Translations under genes and position numbers: made by a program
In this document: positions 61,792 through 64,000 of the stretch, in pieces
How positions within the stretch are numbered: position 1 is the stretch's first letter
Layout: every line of letters starts with the position of its first letter
NCBI GenBank assembly: GCA_963806035.1
Contig: CAWDWO010000007.1
Location: 36,973 to 100,972, forward strand
Direction of reading: 5' to 3'
DNA length: 64,000 nt
DNA from: Candidatus Krumholzibacteriota bacterium
GTDB taxonomy: Bacteria > Krumholzibacteriota > Krumholzibacteriia > JAJRXK01
The notes under the pieces: generated by a model
Told to the model about the DNA's origin: nothing
The model's database searches: none
Seen by the model: the letters and a program-made list of their open reading frames with translations, nothing else

Positions 61792-61907
61792 GTGTGCACG
61801 GAGGATGGGTGAATCCTCTCGGCGGCAGCCTAGATAGCCAATGCGAGCCTGTCAACGTCGGGACGCGCCCAAGAAGTTCTGATGCGAACTATCTCGGCGA
61901 TTTCGGC

Positions 61908-62927
61908 TCAGTCGCGGATGATGAAGAGGAAGGGATTCTCGGTCTTGCCGTTCTGCACGACCTCGTAGTGGACGTGCGGACCGGTGCTCCGACCGGTATT
62001 TCCCACATAGCCGATGAGATCGCCCCGGTGGATGCGCTGTCCCTTGTGCACCGTGAAGCCGTTCAGATGGCCGTAGCGCGTATGGACTCCATTGCCATGG
62101 TCCAGCTCCACCATCTTCCCCATGCGGCCACGGCGCGAGGCGCGCACCACCACTCCGTCCGCAGTCGCATGGACCGGAGTGCCGATGGGTGCCGAGAAAT
62201 CCACACCGTTGTGAAAGGCCGGTCTGCCGGTGAAGGGATCGATGCGCCGGCCGTAGCGACTCGAGAGATAACCGCGCTGCAGGGGACGAATGCTGGGAGT
62301 GGCCTCGCGAGCGAGTTGATCGTCCTGCAGGACGCGAAGCACCTGCTGGTAGCTCTCCTCCTGGAAGCGGGCCTGCCGCAGCAGCTTGTCGAGCTGGTCG
62401 GAGACCTCGCTCAGCCGCTGCCGGCTCAAAGGCGTCAGGCTCTCCACGGAGGGATCCGGGGCCGGCTCGGGGCCGCCCACGCCCATCTGGATGACCGTCT
62501 TGTCCAGGGTGCCCAGGCCAGCCAGAAGGTTGGCCCGTTCCAAGAGCTCGAAGTTACGGCTCATCTGGGCTTCGTAGCCGGCCGACTTCTCCTGCAATTG
62601 GGTAATCTTGGTGCGCAGCGCCTTGATTTCGCGGCCGCGACGTCCCTCTTCGTGCATGGCCAGACCCTGGCGCACGAATCCGACCGTCATCACTCCGACC
62701 ATCAGGAACAAGAGCAGAAGGGCAGCGGCCACAGCGCTCACCAGACGCTTGCTGAGCCGCACCGTGCGCACTCCACCTTCCCCGCTGGGGACGTAGAGGA
62801 ATGTCCAATGGGAATCTTTCATCGTTTCGTGATTGGGGCTCTTTTGGCAGTCGTTCGCGGTTTGGGTTCGTGCGGGGCATTGTCCGAAGAGCCGCGCTAC
62901 GTTACGCAGGCCCCGGCGGCTTGTCAA
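61908..62927 (-). CDS. M23 family metallopeptidase (murein DD-endopeptidase-like)
   Basis: N-terminal TM and coiled coil. The C-terminal motifs HNGVDFSAPIGTPVHATADGVV and HLHYEV are LytM/M23 hallmarks. Confidence 0.85.
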   Translation of the reverse strand: MTSRRGLRNVARLFGQCPARTQTANDCQKSPNHETMKDSHWTFLYVPSGEGGVRTVRLSKRLVSAVAAALLLLFLMVGVMTVGFVRQGLAMHEEGRRGREIKALRTKITQLQEKSAGYEAQMSRNFELLERANLLAGLGTLDKTVIQMGVGGPEPAPDPSVESLTPLSRQRLSEVSDQLDKLLRQARFQEESYQQVLRVLQDDQLAREATPSIRPLQRGYLSSRYGRRIDPFTGRPAFHNGVDFSAPIGTPVHATADGVVVRASRRGRMGKMVELDHGNGVHTRYGHLNGFTVHKGQRIHRGDLIGYVGNTGRSTGPHVHYEVVQNGKTENPFLFIIRD

Positions 62928-63021
62928 GCCGGCCCCACTGGTCCAACGCAGATCAGCAAAAGATGTTCCAAGAACGTCCGGCCCGCTCCCAGCACGGGCC
63001 CCGGGCGCCCCATCGTGCCCC

Positions 63022-63888
63022 TCAGCCCTCGTCGTAGTGCATTCGCAAAACCTCGTATTCTTGGTCAGCTTCGCGAAGACGCCGCAGAGCGCGTTCCTTG
63101 AGCTGGCGGATCCGCTCGCGGGTGAGATTCATCCGCTGGCCGATCTCCTCTAAGGTCAAGGAGCGTACTTCACCCATCCCGTAATAGAGCTGGAGAATTT
63201 CCGCTTCTCGCTGCGGAAGGCCGGTGAGGGCCTTCTCGATGTCGTCCCGGCGGCTGCGCTCCAGGAGAGGCACCTCTGCCCCTCTCTCGGGGCGATCGGC
63301 CAGGGTTTCGACGTAGCTGCGGCCGTCCTCGTCGCTGAGAAGATCGTCGAGATAGGCCTCGGATTGACCCACGCACAAGGCCTCGCGGACCTCGGGCTCG
63401 CTGTAGCCACAATCGGCCGCGATCTCGTCGGGCCGCGGGTCCCGACCCAGGACCTGTTGCAGACGTCCCTGCGCTTTGGTGACGCGATGTAAAACCGCGG
63501 TGCGGTTCTGCGGCAAGCGGACGACACGGGATTGGTCAGAGAGCGCCTGCAGGATGGACTGGCGAATCCACCACACGGCATAGGAGATGAATTTGAAGCC
63601 CCGCTTCTCGTCGAAGCGGTGCGCCGCCTTCATCAGACCCAGATTGCCCTCGTTGATCAGGTCCTGTAGCGAGAGGCCCTGATTCATGTACTGCTTGGCC
63701 ACGGTGACCACGAAGCGGAGATTGGCACGCACCATTTCGTGCGCGGCTTCCTCGTCACCGTCGTGAATCCTGCGAGCCAGACGAATTTCATCGTCTTTGG
63801 TGAGAAGCGGATAGCGTCCGATCTCTCGCAGGTATTGTTCGAGACTGCGTTCGTTCCTTCCTCCACCTCGTGCGCGATGGCGGATCAT
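63022..63888 (-). CDS. RNA polymerase sigma factor, sigma-70 family (RpoD/RpoS-like, regions 1.2-4)
   Basis: Region 2 is DLINEGNLGLMKAAHRFDEKRGFKFISYAVWWIRQSI, region 3 follows, and region 4.2 is the HTH LTLEEIGQRMNLTRERIRQLKERALRRL. The start is taken at the internal Met (MIRHR...) because the ORF-track N-terminus is an Arg/Cys-rich leader. Confidence 0.85.
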   Translation of the reverse strand: MIRHRARGGGRNERSLEQYLREIGRYPLLTKDDEIRLARRIHDGDEEAAHEMVRANLRFVVTVAKQYMNQGLSLQDLINEGNLGLMKAAHRFDEKRGFKFISYAVWWIRQSILQALSDQSRVVRLPQNRTAVLHRVTKAQGRLQQVLGRDPRPDEIAADCGYSEPEVREALCVGQSEAYLDDLLSDEDGRSYVETLADRPERGAEVPLLERSRRDDIEKALTGLPQREAEILQLYYGMGEVRSLTLEEIGQRMNLTRERIRQLKERALRRLREADQEYEVLRMHYDEG

Positions 63889-64000
63889 GACAAGGTTCCT
63901 GACCTGGGGTACGGATCTCAGCGACCGGCTCGCTGATCGGTTGACTTCACCCCTCCTTCGACATGGGCGGTGGCAAGCCCGCCCCACCGCGTGCGCTCTG

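Overview
This is a high-GC (~65%) bacterial chromosomal segment in which every supportable gene lies on the minus strand. Long plus-strand ORFs in the track are antisense artefacts of the GC-rich frames.

Housekeeping blocks:
- Coordinates 525-11233: PfkB kinase, argS, rsfS, polyprenyl synthase, tatC, nrdR, glyA, a low-molecular-weight tyrosine phosphatase, tsaC, purE, purD and an aminotransferase.
- Coordinates 43995-54959: glyS, glyQ, recO, mgtE, a DUF502 protein, a CNNM/CorC transporter, ybeY, the 7TM-HD phosphodiesterase PgpH and phoH.
- Coordinates 55187-63888: LysM and Lpp-like lipoproteins, aspS, a VanZ-like protein, a PhnD-like binding protein, a YbbR-like protein, an AMIN-amidase-LysM protein, an M23 peptidase and a sigma-70 family factor.

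Between these lies a ~30 kb accessory, secretome-rich region (13074-43725):
1. A four-gene cluster that may handle extracellular DNA: a BatA-like vWA membrane protein, a secreted lamin-tail-domain protein, a small secreted barrel-like protein, and a secreted protein with a ComEA-like helix-hairpin-helix (HhH) domain.
2. A 2850-residue secreted adhesin with tandem Ig-like and CARDB-like repeats and a type IX secretion C-terminal sorting domain (T9SS CTD). It is translationally coupled through an ATGA overlap to a PorV-like outer-membrane barrel that carries an unusual C-terminal coiled-coil/TPR extension.
3. Immediately after that, a single membrane protein fuses an RsbW-like serine kinase, a periplasmic sensor, a HAMP domain, a PP2C phosphatase and a transposase-derived HTH. 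A STAS anti-sigma-antagonist gene follows it. This is a SypE-like dual kinase/phosphatase partner-switching module with an added DNA-binding domain.
4. A DUF4388 protein and ppdK.
5. An operon under a sigma-70-like promoter (TTGACA-18-TATATT) encoding two paralogous large lipoproteins of unknown function followed by a BNR/Asp-box repeat protein with a T9SS CTD.

The most likely candidate for an undescribed system is the co-oriented block of adhesin, PorV-TPR shuttle and partner-switching regulator, together with the orphan lipoprotein pair. The T9SS sorting domains and gene content suggest an organism of the FCB superphylum (Gemmatimonadota-like or a candidate phylum). No tRNA, rRNA, CRISPR array or intact mobile element was found.
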